64,000 bases of DNA from Eledone cirrhosa (taxonomy: Eukaryota). The notes beneath the pieces were generated by a model. The model worked only from the letters and a program-made list of their open reading frames with translations, searched no databases and was not told the origin of the DNA. This document shows, in pieces, positions 49,101 through 63,640 of this stretch (the first letter of the stretch is position 1; the number at the start of each line of letters is the position of its first letter). Position numbers and translations under genes: made by a program. The stretch lies in assembly GCA_964016885.1 (NCBI GenBank), contig OZ024742.1, forward strand, positions 308,078,001-308,142,000. The letters run 5' to 3'.

Positions 49101-49807
49101 TATAGTGGGTGTTTACAGTATGGTCAATATGTTTCGGCATAGCGTGTATTCGCTATTTGCTAAGCTTCATCAGAATTATATCTTCTCTGATGAAGCATAG
49201 AATGTACATACATATTAAAATCTTTGTGTTCATGTTGTAAAAATACAGAACATCTGGAATACAACGATCACCTGATTGGAAAGCAATGCACACCCAACAC
49301 ACATAGAAACCCACATACACACATATAAATATGCAATTATGTTATTAATCTCCTATTTATTAATAATTTAGTGTTCTAGTTAACCATATGCTAAAGTCAT
49401 CTGACATTAATTCATACACAGGTCATTCCGACTTCATAGTTAATAATTTCATATGATTTTGTTTTTCCTCAAAAAATATTTCGTATTCCTAGAACAAATA
49501 TGTACATATACTCAACCGAATAAAAGCTGCATCACAGAATCCTGTCTTAATCTTTAGAATCCCTTCAGCTTCCAGCAACTATTTTCTACAATGGGCTCAT
49601 TAAATCTGAAATATCTGTGTAAGTGCAGCTGCTATACATAATACATCCGAAAAAATAGACCACTCCAACATTTGTCCCGCAATCGCAATGTACTCTGTCA
49701 CTGATGTTTCTACTGCAACTTCAATGACGATTGTACATCGTAGCTGGCTGTTATCGCGACATCAACACTCGGATTCTACCTACTATCTCGTTTATCTTTC
49801 TCTAGAC

Positions 49808-50008
49808 CAATGGTGTGTAACATATTCCATTGGCAGGCCACTTTTGAACATTGGAACAACTATTAGGGCCATTAATATTTTTAAGCACTATTCCAAAGAT
49901 TCACCCACCACAACTTCTTTCATTAAATTAAAAACGGTCATCGCGGGCCACTCTGACTAGTCTGGCGGACCGGATTGTGGCCCACGGGCCGCCTGTTGCA
50001 CGCCCCTG
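49808..50008. mobile_element. hAT (Charlie/Buster-type) MITE
   Basis: Ends caatggtgtgtaac / gttgcacgcccctg; 8-bp TSD ctctagac at 49800-49807 and 50009-50016; subterminal gggcc motifs. Confidence 0.88.
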
Positions 50009-50683
50009 CTCTAGACACTCATATTTTGTCCGCTACTCGAGCCCGTAGTATACACCATGTTAACGATTTCACCCTTCCATGTACATATTCTTTTGACATC
50101 ATTTGTTATTCTTAAAGAGATGTATCCCGTATGACTGGCATAACTAGGAATGACTCATTGGGTTTCATATTGGTTTAACAGCTTGTATGTCTTTATGTGA
50201 ACAGGACAGCATATATTATATTCTATATTATGAATAGTTAAACATTATTTTACATTCATCAATCTGTATGGCTAATAGGAATAGGTAAGCAGCATAAAAG
50301 ACTAATGAAAACGACTGGAGTCCTATCTGGAGATGGATGAGATTTTATAATTAAAAAAGAAGAACAAATAGACAGTTAATCACAAGCAAAATTGGAACAA
50401 AGAATATTAACGTGGAAATGTTTGATTAGAACATTAACCCCACCGAATGATTATCATTCGTTAATAATGATCACTATACTGTATAGTGAGTAGGTTTACT
50501 ATATATAAACATATTGTATATGAGTTCATACACGTCCCCACTCCCTACACTGCTGTGATGCTGTGATAGTACTCATGCTGATACATATAATCAAGCCTTT
50601 TCTCTCACTCAATCACTCACTCACTCTCTCTATCTCTTTCTATTTCTTTCTCTATCTCTATCTATACACACACACATACACAC

Positions 50684-50798
<115 letters not shown>

Positions 50799-51308
50799 TT
50801 CGTATATGTACCCTCATATGTATCGGCAGCGTAATCCATTACGACCTTTTGTACGGTCTAACGTTGTAGAGAATGGATTTACTGAACTGGAATTAAATGA
50901 AAATAGTTTGCAAAATGAAGTGCTAACTTTCTTCAGCCATATTATTGGAATTTGTTAGGAGACTTACATTGTTATGTATGACATAAAAATGTATTTCTTG
51001 CATATCGAAAGTTACATATGTTTCACAGATAATTGGCACGAGGTTTTTATGGAAGTGATATACTTACTCCAATATTTATCTGCTTATCAGATATACGTGC
51101 ATGGAGTCAGGTCTATCACATCGATAAAAAACCTCGAGCCAGTCAGTTGTGAAGCGTATGCATCATTAAATATGCAAGAAAACCATTTTTAAGTGAAACT
51201 TCGTTAACTCATACGTAATACACTCAAACACACACGCGCACACCTGTACATGAGTAATTGAGGAAACGGCCTAAGCGATGTCTGTTCTATTCGACCTACT
51301 TCATTTCC

Positions 51309-51345
<37 letters not shown>

Positions 51346-51535
51346 AGATATAGATAAATATATATGTATGTATGCATGTGTGTGTATATATATACATACA
51401 TACATACATACATATATATATATATATACAAAATTACGATAAATCAAAATGAATTTAATCTAAATCAAAATTATGGGTGTCATGCCCTGTAATTGTTTCA
51501 TATGTTTATTTATATGTTAATCAATTTCTAGTTGT

Positions 51536-51573
<38 letters not shown>

Positions 51574-52016
51574 TCATTAGTTGGCTTTAAAACAAGATTG
51601 CCTCCCATACTATATATTCTCTATTTTCCAGTCAAACGATCTAATTCTATGCACCTCCCTCGATCCTTGATTTTAAATTTTAAACACATTTAGGGAGAGT
51701 TTTGCTTCTTAATTGCCAAGAAAATCTCACATACCTGAAGATATCATTTCCTGTGTACTCTTAATTTTGTTTGTTTTTGTTACCTTTTGACTGACGTATT
51801 TCTTATTTTTGGTGAAAATGAAGGTAGTATCTGTAGTATTGGAGTGGGGGAAGGCACCAGCGTTGGTGATGGTAGAGAATGTGATAGTGCGGATGGTGGT
51901 TGAGTGTACCATTAAATTTAATATACGAAACTCATAATACCTTCCGTTATACAGTTTAAGATTTTTCATTCTCAATTTTTAAACATTTTTTAACATAAAG
52001 CTAATCATGGCTTACT

Positions 52017-52164
52017 AATAATTGTTTCTACTTTAGGCACAAGACCAGCAATTACCTCAGTCTACTACTGGTACTTCATTTTACTGAGTTAACCTCGGCG
52101 GGATTTGACCTCAGAACGTAAAGGGCCATAACTCTACGCCGCAAAGCACGTTCTCCGACGCTCT
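52017..52164 (-). mobile_element. SINE family 1 with internal deletion
   Basis: aattgtttctactttaggcacaagaccagcaatt...gttaacctcggcgggatttgacctcagaacgtaaaggg. Confidence 0.8.
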
Positions 52165-53611
52165 AATGTAATCTATCTATATTTCCACGCGATTAAGTGA
52201 ATGTTGATGCTAGACTTGTTACCGTTGCTTCTGTTGACAGTCGTTGATCAATGCTACTCAGACCTTTCCTGATTCCGTCATCTAACGTCATACTTTTCTG
52301 TTTCTAAATAGTTCTTTGTGACTTACGGAAGATTCGACTGTGTTAAGCAGATAAAGCCACCTCAGAAAAGTTCTATTGTTAGCTGTTAGTTGTGTTCGTG
52401 GTACTGTTGACGGTGTCGGTAGCTGAGGTAGCTTGTTGTAGTGCCAGTTGGTTTAATGTAAGTGAAAGCCGTGTTATTGTCGGTAATGTAGATAGACACT
52501 GTAATTTTGCTATTGAGGCTAGTGGTGGTGAGGGTGGTTGTGGGGTAATGAGATCGGTAGTGTAAATAAAGTTGGTAATGGATGTGGCGGGAATAGCAAT
52601 TGAAGCGGTCCTCTTTTGGTTGACAGTTGAACCCGTGGCCACCACACTACTCTTATGATGATGCACAATCATTCTAAAGGTTAAATAATTCTTATTTTCT
52701 TTACAGCGTTAAACTAAGAACATATCCTGTGTACTCTTGACGTTGTTCGTTGTTTTGTTTGATTTTGATACCTTTTGAATGATTTCTTTCTTATTTTGGG
52801 AGTGTAGGAATGGGGGAGGACACCAGCGTTGGTGAAGGTGGAGGATATGATGGCGGTGGTTGTGGTGGGGTTGGGTTTGAGTATACCATTAGTGATGATG
52901 CTAACATTGGGATGTGGGGAGTAAAAATACGTATCATGTATTCAGTGTTCTTAAACCAGCTGGAAATTCGTATTACTGCTGCCAAAACGTGTTCTATAGA
53001 ATTGTATTTAACTGTTATCAACAAATGAAAAGTGCACGATGACAAGAAGACTAGCAGGAACGACAGAATGGTTACACCAACCGATGATTGATGCCAAATA
53101 TAAATAAATGAATAATTAAATAAACAAAGGAATAAACAAATAAACAAATATATATGTGATTAAAGAAACAAAAAATAAATAATTATATATATATAAATAA
53201 ATAAAAGCCAATATAAATAGTTAAAGAAATTGGGAATTAAATGAAAATTCTCAACAAAACAATGCAATGAGACATTATCTATGAGACTGTGGAAGTAAAA
53301 GTTTCTTGAGAATTGTGCTTTATTTGAATTAATATTTATTTGTTTTCTACTTGGATTATTTTATTTCTTTCTTTGCCAGGCACTTACCCCTGTCTAATTC
53401 TTTGTATATATAGATGTATGTCAGTGTGTGAGTAGAGGTTTGGTGTGCATTTACGTGATTATGTATGTGTCTGTGACTGATTGCTATTGTGTATGTTGAA
53501 ATACATTATTTCGCATATTTTTCAGTGCAATCAATATACGACCTATGAATACAATTTTCTGAATATGTAGACAAAGCCAAATACACGCATAGTTACACAC
53601 TTAAACATCTA

Positions 53612-53676
<65 letters not shown>

Positions 53677-53683
53677 TAAAATA

Positions 53684-53759
53684 ACAGATTAAAGTTTAAG
53701 CAAAGAATCGCTGCTTTCACCCTTAACGGGATCTTCTGAAACTAACAAAGTCAATCTGT
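53684..53759 (-). ncRNA. Type I hammerhead-like motif, CAGAAGA variant (family C copy 3, element 53673-53828)
   Basis: Minus strand: acagattga-ctttgtt-agttt-CAGAAGA-tcccgttaagggt-GAAA-gca(gcgattctt)tgc-TT-aaact-ttaatctgt. Confidence 0.7.
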
Positions 53760-53828
53760 GAACGCAGAAGTGAATATTTCAAAAAACCTTGCATCCGGAG
53801 GAAGACAGGAAGACGATACTTTGATTCT

Positions 53829-54563
53829 AGATGTGGAAGACGGGACCTTTGGCACCACACAGTGACGTCCTGTTCGACTGTTGATCCAGCTCCCAATGCC
53901 AAAGTTTGGTGCTAGTCCCTCCAGGATTTCCCATATGTAGATCACTGCATATCTCTCCCTTCTTCGTTCCAAGGAGTAGAGGTTCAGTTCTTTTAGCCTC
54001 TCCCAGTATCTTATCTCATTCATCGTGGCAATCCAATTGGTGTTGCTTCGCTGGATAGCCTCAAGCTCCGTGGTTAGTTTGACACTATGGGGTGACCACA
54101 ACTGGGAGCAATAGTCCAGGCGGGTTAGGACAAATGTCCTCCATAGTGTTAACATGGTGTCACGGTCTCTTGTCCAGAAAGTCCTCAAGATCCAGTCAGC
54201 GAGTCGTCTGCACATTGTTGACACTTTCATGATGTGTGAGGAAAAAGATGCATCATCGCTCATGTCTATACCCAGGTCCGGTATCGATTTTGACACGGGG
54301 ATATCGGTCCCTCTTGGTCCTGCGTAGCTGTGTTGTACTGTATTTGTGTTTGCAGGTTTGTATTGTAGGGCTTGGAATTTGCCAGCATTAAACTGCATGT
54401 TGTTTTCTTCCGCCCATTTGTATATGGCATCCAGATCTTGCTGTAAAAGGGAGCGTCAGTCGGGTTTTTGATAGCCTGTGCTACCTTAGTGTCATCAGTA
54501 TAGCTAGTGAGGGATTTTCTTGTATGTACTACAGAGGGCATGTCTGAGAAAGCCACCAAAAAC
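53829..54563 (-). mobile_element. CR1-group LINE reverse transcriptase C-terminal fragment
   Basis: SYTDDTKV (YADD-like), then after a frameshift MQFNAGKF...DLGI...WILRTF...RLDYCSQLWSP...YWERLKELNLYSLERRRERY. Confidence 0.9.
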
Positions 54564-54587
54564 ATTATATATATATATATATATACA

Positions 54588-54755
54588 TAGGGCGGGTAAA
54601 ATTCCCGACATCCATGGACGAGTACTCTCCAGCGGTCTCATCAACGTATGTGAACCTTGGCCTTCTTCTACCAGTGTGTGCATGCAGGGGCTCCCACAAG
54701 AGCACTGAGTGCAGTGTCAACTCTGGATGACGGTGAGCATGTCCAGCTAACCTCA
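54588..54755 (-). mobile_element. RTE-like LINE 3' fragment
   Basis: [24 protein letters not shown]...GRRRPRFTY; same family as 56420-56535. Confidence 0.8.
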
Positions 54756-54839
54756 TATGTATATATATATGTAAATATATGTATATACATATATATATAT
54801 GTAAATATATGTATATATATATATGTATATATATGTAAA

Positions 54840-54907
<68 letters not shown>

Positions 54908-55475
54908 AATATATGTATATATTGATCACGATATGCTAGCAGGGAAAACCTACGAGAAACGATGGTGATGGATTAAATTATCTTGTTCTATCTCATTCTC
55001 TTTCATTCAATATATTCTCAATAGTAGTGAATATGGAAATTCTAGAAGACTTTGCATTCCACAAGACATACTAAATCATTATATCACATACATAGTGAAT
55101 AGGAAAACTACTAGTAAAACATAAATACGAACAAAAACAATTTATTTCTTGTCGACACAAAAAAAACTTATATGAACTAATCTACTGCAAGTATTAATAT
55201 ACATTTTGAAATCAATATTCACTATAAATTTTATATGAATTTCCACAATAAACTAAAAGAATGTATAATCGTTTATACATACTTGTATATATGTACGTAT
55301 GTATGCTTCTCTGTGTATGTATGATGTATATATGTATATATGTATGTATGTATGCATGTGTGACGCTATGCATCTATTTGTGTGTATGTACTTACGTGTG
55401 CTTTTATGTATTTATGCATGTACACGTTTATATAAGTAATTATGTATATATATATATATATATATATGTATATGT

Positions 55476-55524
<49 letters not shown>

Positions 55525-55671
55525 TATTTAGGTACATATGTATATATATAAACATGTTATCCTGTCTGATATACAAGTATGTAATATATGTTAGGTGGTT
55601 CTATTAAGTTAACCATGACTTGAACTATACTGGCCGAACCATATTAAAGTTATCAAATCTCTCTCTCTCTC

Positions 55672-55722
<51 letters not shown>

Positions 55723-55760
55723 CTCTCTCTCTCTATATTTCTATCTATCTATCTATCTCT

Positions 55761-56655
<895 letters not shown>

Positions 56656-56755
56656 CTATTTCTATGTCCCTGCGCATATACATAAACATGCACCCATGTT
56701 TATACACATATAGATATACATACATATGTACATGTGTATATACATATTTACACAC

Positions 56756-56951
56756 TTTTGGATGGCCATTGACTCTTATGAGTTCTTCCGCCCTTTGTCA
56801 GGTTTTGTTTTTGTCCTGCCAGGTGTCCAAACCACCCTCTCTCTTCTCCAAGTAAACTAGGTGGGGGTTGCCGGTTTAGTCGCCGACGACCCGACCACCA
56901 TGCGACAGGTTGTACTGGGTTACATGTTACCAGTAGCCCCCAAGAGTGACC

Positions 56952-56954
<3 letters not shown>
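56756..56954 (-). mobile_element. 5' portion of the RTE-like non-autonomous family
   Basis: Matches 59862-60038. Confidence 0.75.
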
Positions 56955-56990
<36 letters not shown>

Positions 56991-57911
56991 TATTATATAT
57001 TATGAATATATATATATATATAAGTGAGGAAAGTTATTTGATCAAATAATCGTAAACAGACGTAAGGCACTCTACGACCTGTATTCCTTAAATTATCATC
57101 AGTAAGGTATCAACCGTAGTGTCAATATTATAAAGAGAGACGGTTTTAAATGTACATCTGTTTATCATATATAATATACAGAGGATGCACATTTAAAACC
57201 GTTCCTCTTCCTTATATTACATGTATATATAAATATATATATATACATGTGTGTGTGTGTGTGTGTGTGTTGTTCCCACGAACGTTACTACAACATTTTC
57301 TTTGTCAGATAACCAATTTGATTCTGATGTTCAACAAATCGACAATAAAATATAAGAACGCAGATGGAACATTCTCTTCTGATTGGCCAATCCAGATCTC
57401 GCTCTCATGTGAATTTGATATAATAAAAGTTATATAATTTGCAGAGTATGGAAAGTGAAAGATGATAATTAGTGTTACGCAAGTAAGCTAATGACATAGA
57501 CACAAGGACCTGCTGGCATAATGATATTAATTACACACCTACCGACCTCTTATATAGACACCCAACTATACAGAGCGTAAGTACAATTCTTCATAATGTA
57601 CACATAAAAGGCCGTAAGCACAGACATATGAACATTGTGAGCGAGAACGTACATAGACACGCATCATAACTTGTGTAATGTAAATTAATAGACGCTTGGG
57701 TAAACACGTCTACAAGTGTGTTTCGATAATTAATATTAAGGAATCAAACGAAATAAATTTAAAAGAAACTCGCAATTTCAAACATACCGTAGTAGATTCT
57801 TGTATATAACACTGCATATTCTCAAATTAGCATGGGCTCACAAGTATCTATATGACTACATATATGTGTATATATGCATATATATATATGCATATAAATA
57901 TATATATACAT

Positions 57912-58237
57912 AAAATGAGATTAATATCCCCAAAGGTACTAAGTACCCACGGATAATATATAGGGTGTCTATAATACAGTTGTTGTTCAATGGTATTAAT
58001 TTAAGATACCAGAACTATAAAATTGAGATGAGCGGAACGAATAAATATTAAACATTCTTTTAAAATAAATTAAAATACAATTTAAACATTCACCTGTCCA
58101 AATTGCTTTTACCGACGGTTTCGCCTCACAAAAGATTGGAAATCCAAAGGACTTCCAATGCAAGGTGAATATTTAAATTGTATTTTAATTTGTTTTAAAA
58201 GAATGTTTAATATTTAGTCGTTCCGCTCATCTCAATT
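57912..58237 (-). mobile_element. Fold-back element family H (tail + 75-bp inverted arms) in (TA)n
   Basis: Arms 58021-58095 and 58163-58237; the spacer has GAAA-ccgtcgg-TA on the - strand. Confidence 0.75.
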
Positions 58238-58325
58238 ATATATATAAACATATATATGTACCTATATATATATATGTAATATATATATAATGTATATATA
58301 TAATATATATATATATATAATATAT

Positions 58326-58389
<64 letters not shown>

Positions 58390-58422
58390 TAATAGGGAGT
58401 TTTGTCCACCAACATATATATA

Positions 58423-58535
58423 AGTCAGGACTTCTTGCTGGCCATTCATGTAGACCTCGACGACCCGGCCAACGTTCTGGAAATCGGATATCAACCCACT
58501 CACGGACAGTGGGTGCAAAATAAAAAGGGGCCCCC

Positions 58536-58537
<2 letters not shown>
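58423..58537 (-). mobile_element. Tc1/mariner transposase catalytic-domain fragment
   Basis: GAPFYFAPTVREWVDIRFPERWPGRRGLHEWPARSPDL matches the DGAP...VR.WL...FP.RW.GR...WP.RSPDL motif. Confidence 0.85.
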
Positions 58538-58575
<38 letters not shown>

Positions 58576-58813
58576 AGTAGAGAATCAAGGCTCGATGGCT
58601 GGCTTCTTGCCGTTAAAGATATTTACACTCTACTATCCCAAGTATCGAGTATTCTGCTGGGTAATGTTATTACTACTTTAAAACTGGTATAATCCTCACC
58701 TCCCTATCTTGCTCTCCCTCTTTCCTTTTCTCTCTCTCTCTCTATCTTTCTATCTTTCTCTCACTCTCTCTCTCTCTATCTCTCTCACTCTCTCTCTCTC
58801 CATATATATATTC

Positions 58814-58867
<54 letters not shown>

Positions 58868-58871
<4 letters not shown>

Positions 58872-59069
58872 AACGAGTAGGACCCCGACGGCTGAGCTGA
58901 AGCCGTTTCGACGGCTAATTCTGGACCAATTCGGGTCCAGAATTAGCCGTCGAAACGGCTTGAGCTCAGTCGTCGGGTCCTACTCGTTCCTATTACCCAC
59001 TCTACTACACTAAGTATTGAGTACTTTGGTGAGTTATGGTCCACCTGGTTCCTTACCACATTTCCTTCG

Positions 59070-59072
<3 letters not shown>
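58868..59072 (+). mobile_element. Family A copy, opposite orientation, longer apex
   Basis: Hairpin apex ctggacc-aattcg-ggtccag, then the tail ending ccacatttccttcgt(TA)n. Confidence 0.88.
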
Positions 59073-59138
<66 letters not shown>

Positions 59139-59190
59139 TCCCTAGTCCTGTAGAAGCCATTTCTATATTGAATATATATATATATATATA

Positions 59191-59358
59191 AAGAAAAAAA
59201 GATGAAATCGAAAATGCAATTGGAGTCTTATTTTAAAAAATATATATATATTTATTTGGTTCCTTTACCGGTTTCGCAGTTCTACTGAATTTCAAAAGTA
59301 GAGTTGAGATGGAGGGTCTGTGGTTTTTCTCACATGAGATGTGAGAAAAACCACAGAC
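59191..59358 (-). mobile_element. Family G copy with a 20-bp terminal fold-back
   Basis: gtctgtggtttttctcacat-gag-atgtgagaaaaaccacagac (59316-59358); GAAACCGGTA on the - strand. Confidence 0.75.
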
Positions 59359-59447
59359 TTACTAGTTTCCACCAAGCATGAAACTAGTAAGGCTAGTTAT
59401 TGAATCTCTGTATTCGCCGTGATTATCTTGACTCATACATACATACA

Positions 59448-60040
59448 TGGTGGCTGCCAACTCGCTTTCGAGTACGGCCACCACTTTATATCCATGTAGG
59501 AGAACCCCTACCGATGCGCTGAACGAGTGTGACTTTTTAGTCCAGCCAGCGACTTGAAAACTCTGGTACAAACACTACACTTGCGAAAATTATTGACACA
59601 TAGTGCTGGGCCCATGGTACCATGTGACGACAAGTGCAGAGAGATCTCCAGATTTAAACAATGCCTGTGTTGTGAAGCTTTTATAGTGAGCAAAGGCACT
59701 GCACAAAGCCAGCCCCACTCTCTTAACCAAGATGATTTTACCAAAAAGAAGAACAAGTCAACATCATTGGACACCATCAGGGTTGCAGGTGTTATATCAG
59801 AGTTTTCCTTCTCCTAGAATTCTGCCTTGACAAAGGCTAAGGGGTCATCTCTCCCGGTGATTTTGGATGGCCATTGACTCTTAAGAGCTCATTTGCCTTT
59901 TGACAGGTTTTGTTTTTAGTCCTGCAGGATGCCCAAAGTCACCCTCCTCAGCAAGAAACCTTGGTAGGGTTGCCAGTTTAGTCGCCAACGACCCGACCAT
60001 GGGACAGGTTGTACTGGGATACATGTTACCAGTAGCACCA
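59448..60040 (-). mobile_element. ~600-bp non-autonomous RTE-like retroelement in (TATG)n
   Basis: RTE-like 5' UTR (ggagaaggaaaactctga) joined to a terminal C2H2 remnant CSVCTRVFKSLAGLKSHTRSAHR*; (TATG)n tail. Confidence 0.7.
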
Positions 60041-60043
60041 ACC

Positions 60044-60131
60044 ATACATACATAATACATACATACATACATACATACATACATACATACATACATACAT
60101 ACATACATACATACATACATACATACATACA

Positions 60132-60160
<29 letters not shown>
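60044..60160. repeat. (TACA)n microsatellite
   Basis: Direct reading. Confidence 0.98.
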
Positions 60161-60177
<17 letters not shown>

Positions 60178-60500
60178 AAGTTGCAAACTATCCAGCAAAC
60201 ACATTAGTTACACATAGAAATATCTTGTAATCCGCAAAAGTTTGAAGGCATTTTGTTGGACCGGATAATCTGCGTTTGCTTTTTACGGTGGTATGTTGTA
60301 TTCAATATGACTAAATATAAAGATTGAAATAAATATTCCTAAGATAGCTTTTCAACACATTTGCCATCGGTATGTTTAATATTTAATGTTTTATTTACAT
60401 TATTGTATCGTTCTGAAATATCGTTTCCATACAGTTACTTTCTTCCTGGAACTCTTTTTGTCGAAGGAAGACGAAACAAGAGTTATAATTTTGCAATAGT

Positions 60501-60667
60501 AGGGCGGTGGATTGGTGGTTGAGGGTCGGACACCATGCTTTGCAGCTTTACGTCTGAGTTCAAATCCCGCCGAGGTTAATTTTGCCTTTCATCCTTACGG
60601 GGTTGATAAAATAAAGCGCCAGTAACGTCCTGGGGTCGATTTAATCGACTTTCGCCTCCCCCAAAAT
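60501..60667 (+). mobile_element. SINE family 1
   Basis: gggcggtggattgg...gagttcaaatcccgccgaggttaattttgcctttcatccttacggggttgataaaataaag. Confidence 0.85.
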
Positions 60668-61458
60668 CATATTTGTGTAGTAGTAGTAGTAGTAGTGTGG
60701 TTAACTATAAAATATCATTTGGAGCAATTTCCATATAAACATATGTACAACCTTTCTTAATGACTTCACGTTTCCTTCTCTGTGTAACTTCATATCAATA
60801 CGAACCTCATCAGGTGGTGGCTTTCTCCGACAGCTTGTGCTTAGAGTATGTGTGTATATTTGTACTAACACATTCTATTATTTTAGTATGTCAGGTTTTT
60901 AATTGGGGTTTAGAAGTTTGATATAATATAAGCAGATGAACTAAGGATTCAATGTGCACACTAACAATTCTAATTACAAGTGAGATTGAGTTATATTGAA
61001 TTGTTCTATATTGTAACTGCTCTGGTATGAAAAACGTTATCAGATTACAGACACTATAGAATATTCTAGTAATGTACACAAATGCCGCTCCATTGCCTTC
61101 TATCTTTAACAGACAATACACTATGCTCGTAGTCAGTTTTGAGTAACTAAAATTGACAGAATGTTAATGTGATCGTACATTCAACGAATTCGACACTTGC
61201 TGCGAATCACAACCAACATCATTAAGGAGGGTTGACATTATGATATATATACTCATCAAATACCGCTTGATCATCTCTTTCTGTTATGCCTCCCCAATGT
61301 AAGGACAGGGCTATTAGTGATTGAACAGGTGTGAAACTGATGCGCTGCTCCCAAGTGTCCTACTATTTATGTTACCAATATATATCGTTGCGGCAATCAT
61401 ATGAACACACACACACTTACACTTGCATTCACACACACATGTATTCATGCATACATTC

Positions 61459-61522
<64 letters not shown>

Positions 61523-63392
61523 TATATATACTACCACACGCCTTCACATAGAGTGAGGAATTAGCAAAGATCTTGATAGATTTCATTTTCCCTTCAAATT
61601 GGCTACGTTACCGGACCTCAGCAGAAGCATATACATCACTACAGCACCTATACTTATCCCACCATTCAGTGTATACGAGAAGATAAAAAACGTTAGGCGT
61701 CTCAAGATGCTGGTATTTGCATTGTAAACTTTTGATTTACGCTGGTGCTTTTATTGCCGAACAGCTACACCATCTAAAGTGTTCCCGTCTTGACAAACGT
61801 ACATTAATATAGGTTACTTATCACTACATTACCAACTGTTTCATTCATTATTTGCGACAGTACTATAACCCAACACTGATATTTCCAGCGTAAACATGTT
61901 AAGAGGATTGCTCGCTATTTTCCTTTGCTTAGAGTCTTAGCAAAGGTAAATAGCGATTTTCAATTCTACATCTAGTTACAATTAGGATAGTATCTTAAAT
62001 GCATTTATTATTGTGTAACCCCCAGGAGAAGTTGACCAGACACATTTATGTTTAGAGATATTATATTGTATATTTATACTTTATCGAATATAGCCTTCCA
62101 TTTTTAGGTACATCATGGTGACATTCTGTTAAGTACTCATTGGCCTATAGTAAAACGAACTATTAATGGTTGTTATTTCGATGTTAACGTTGTTGGGGTT
62201 GGCTTGTCTAGTAATCTTTTGAAACGGTAGTGTATTATTTAATGGGAGATTTGGCTACCAAATCTAGCGTGTCAACACACTATGGAGATGATCGCTCATC
62301 GGTTTACATTAAAGTTACTATCATCTGATGTCGGTTCACAATTCGACAGCAATAATATATATTGATTTTATGTGATCTATCTTAAAGAGTATTTCTTAAT
62401 CTGTTTTCTATATTTGCCAATACCCTTCATATACGATAAGTAAAACTTGTGTTGTATAATACAACAAACGTTACTGGATTGTTTCATTGCTTTCTATAGA
62501 TTTAACATTACCATACTTAAAACCAGTAAGTAAATCTAGTAAAGGAAGTGCAAATAACAATAATAGATGTTTAACGTAAAAAGATTTTCCATACAAGAAT
62601 CTCAAAATCTACCAATGGAACTCTGAAATGTCTTCTCATTAAAACGATTTCCGCTAGAATAAGAATATCAGATCAAAAACCAACCAGACCGAATGAGTTC
62701 ATCATTTTCCATAAAATAAAATATATCTAAAAACATTAACGGGAATAATTCATGTAAACTAATGACATGAAATTTGATCATTAAATTGAAAGATGCTTCG
62801 TAGGATTCAATACGAAAATAGGTTTTAATTTATTAAAGATTCTTGGAAAGATGGCGAGAAAAAGCAAAACCTAACGGCCACGATTAGGGACCTGCAGACA
62901 AAATGGAGATAGTTAAAGTATTTCAAAATTACTCTCTTAGATAGCAGTACCAGATAAAACAACAAAAAAAATTGTCTTGACAGCTGTTCGTAGAATACAA
63001 TCTAACAGTCACATGAGACGAGTAGATATTTGTTTACATATAGAAAATGTGTTACCTATATTTTTGATTAACATTGTTCGCATAATTATAAAAAAAATAA
63101 ATAGAATTGAAATTAATTACTTATCTTATGAAAAATAATGTTATGGCAGGGTTGTGGACAGTTGTATATGAAGTAACGATGGACCAGCTGTCTACTGAAT
63201 AGGTTATTATATAGTACTGAAGTAACACAGAGAGGCATGTAAAACATGGTAAGCCAAACAAAATCCCCTTTACGATAGATATAGCCACATATATAAAGTC
63301 ATTCTTACGAAGACTATATAAAAAACAAAAACAAATATTTTTATTTGGAAATTGTTTTCTGTGGGAGCACACACGCGCGTACTCACAGACAC

Positions 63393-63429
<37 letters not shown>

Positions 63430-63606
63430 CGTGTGTGTGTACGTGTGTGTGTATATATGTGCATGTGTTAGCTACGTGTAACTAGTCGCATTCGATCATA
63501 TACACACACACACACATATATATATAGCTATATATACAGATAGCTATATGTGTGTTTGTATGTATATATGTATAATATATATATGTATGTGTGTGTGTAT
63601 GTGTGC

Positions 63607-63640
<34 letters not shown>

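Noticed and set aside
57022-57215. CTGATGA...GAAT on the - strand plus a ~25-bp imperfect inverted repeat
   Set aside because: Stems I and II could not be formed convincingly.
59960-60040. HDV-like ribozyme at the RTE-like 5' end
   Set aside because: A trial double-pseudoknot fold was not consistent between the two copies; needs a computational search.
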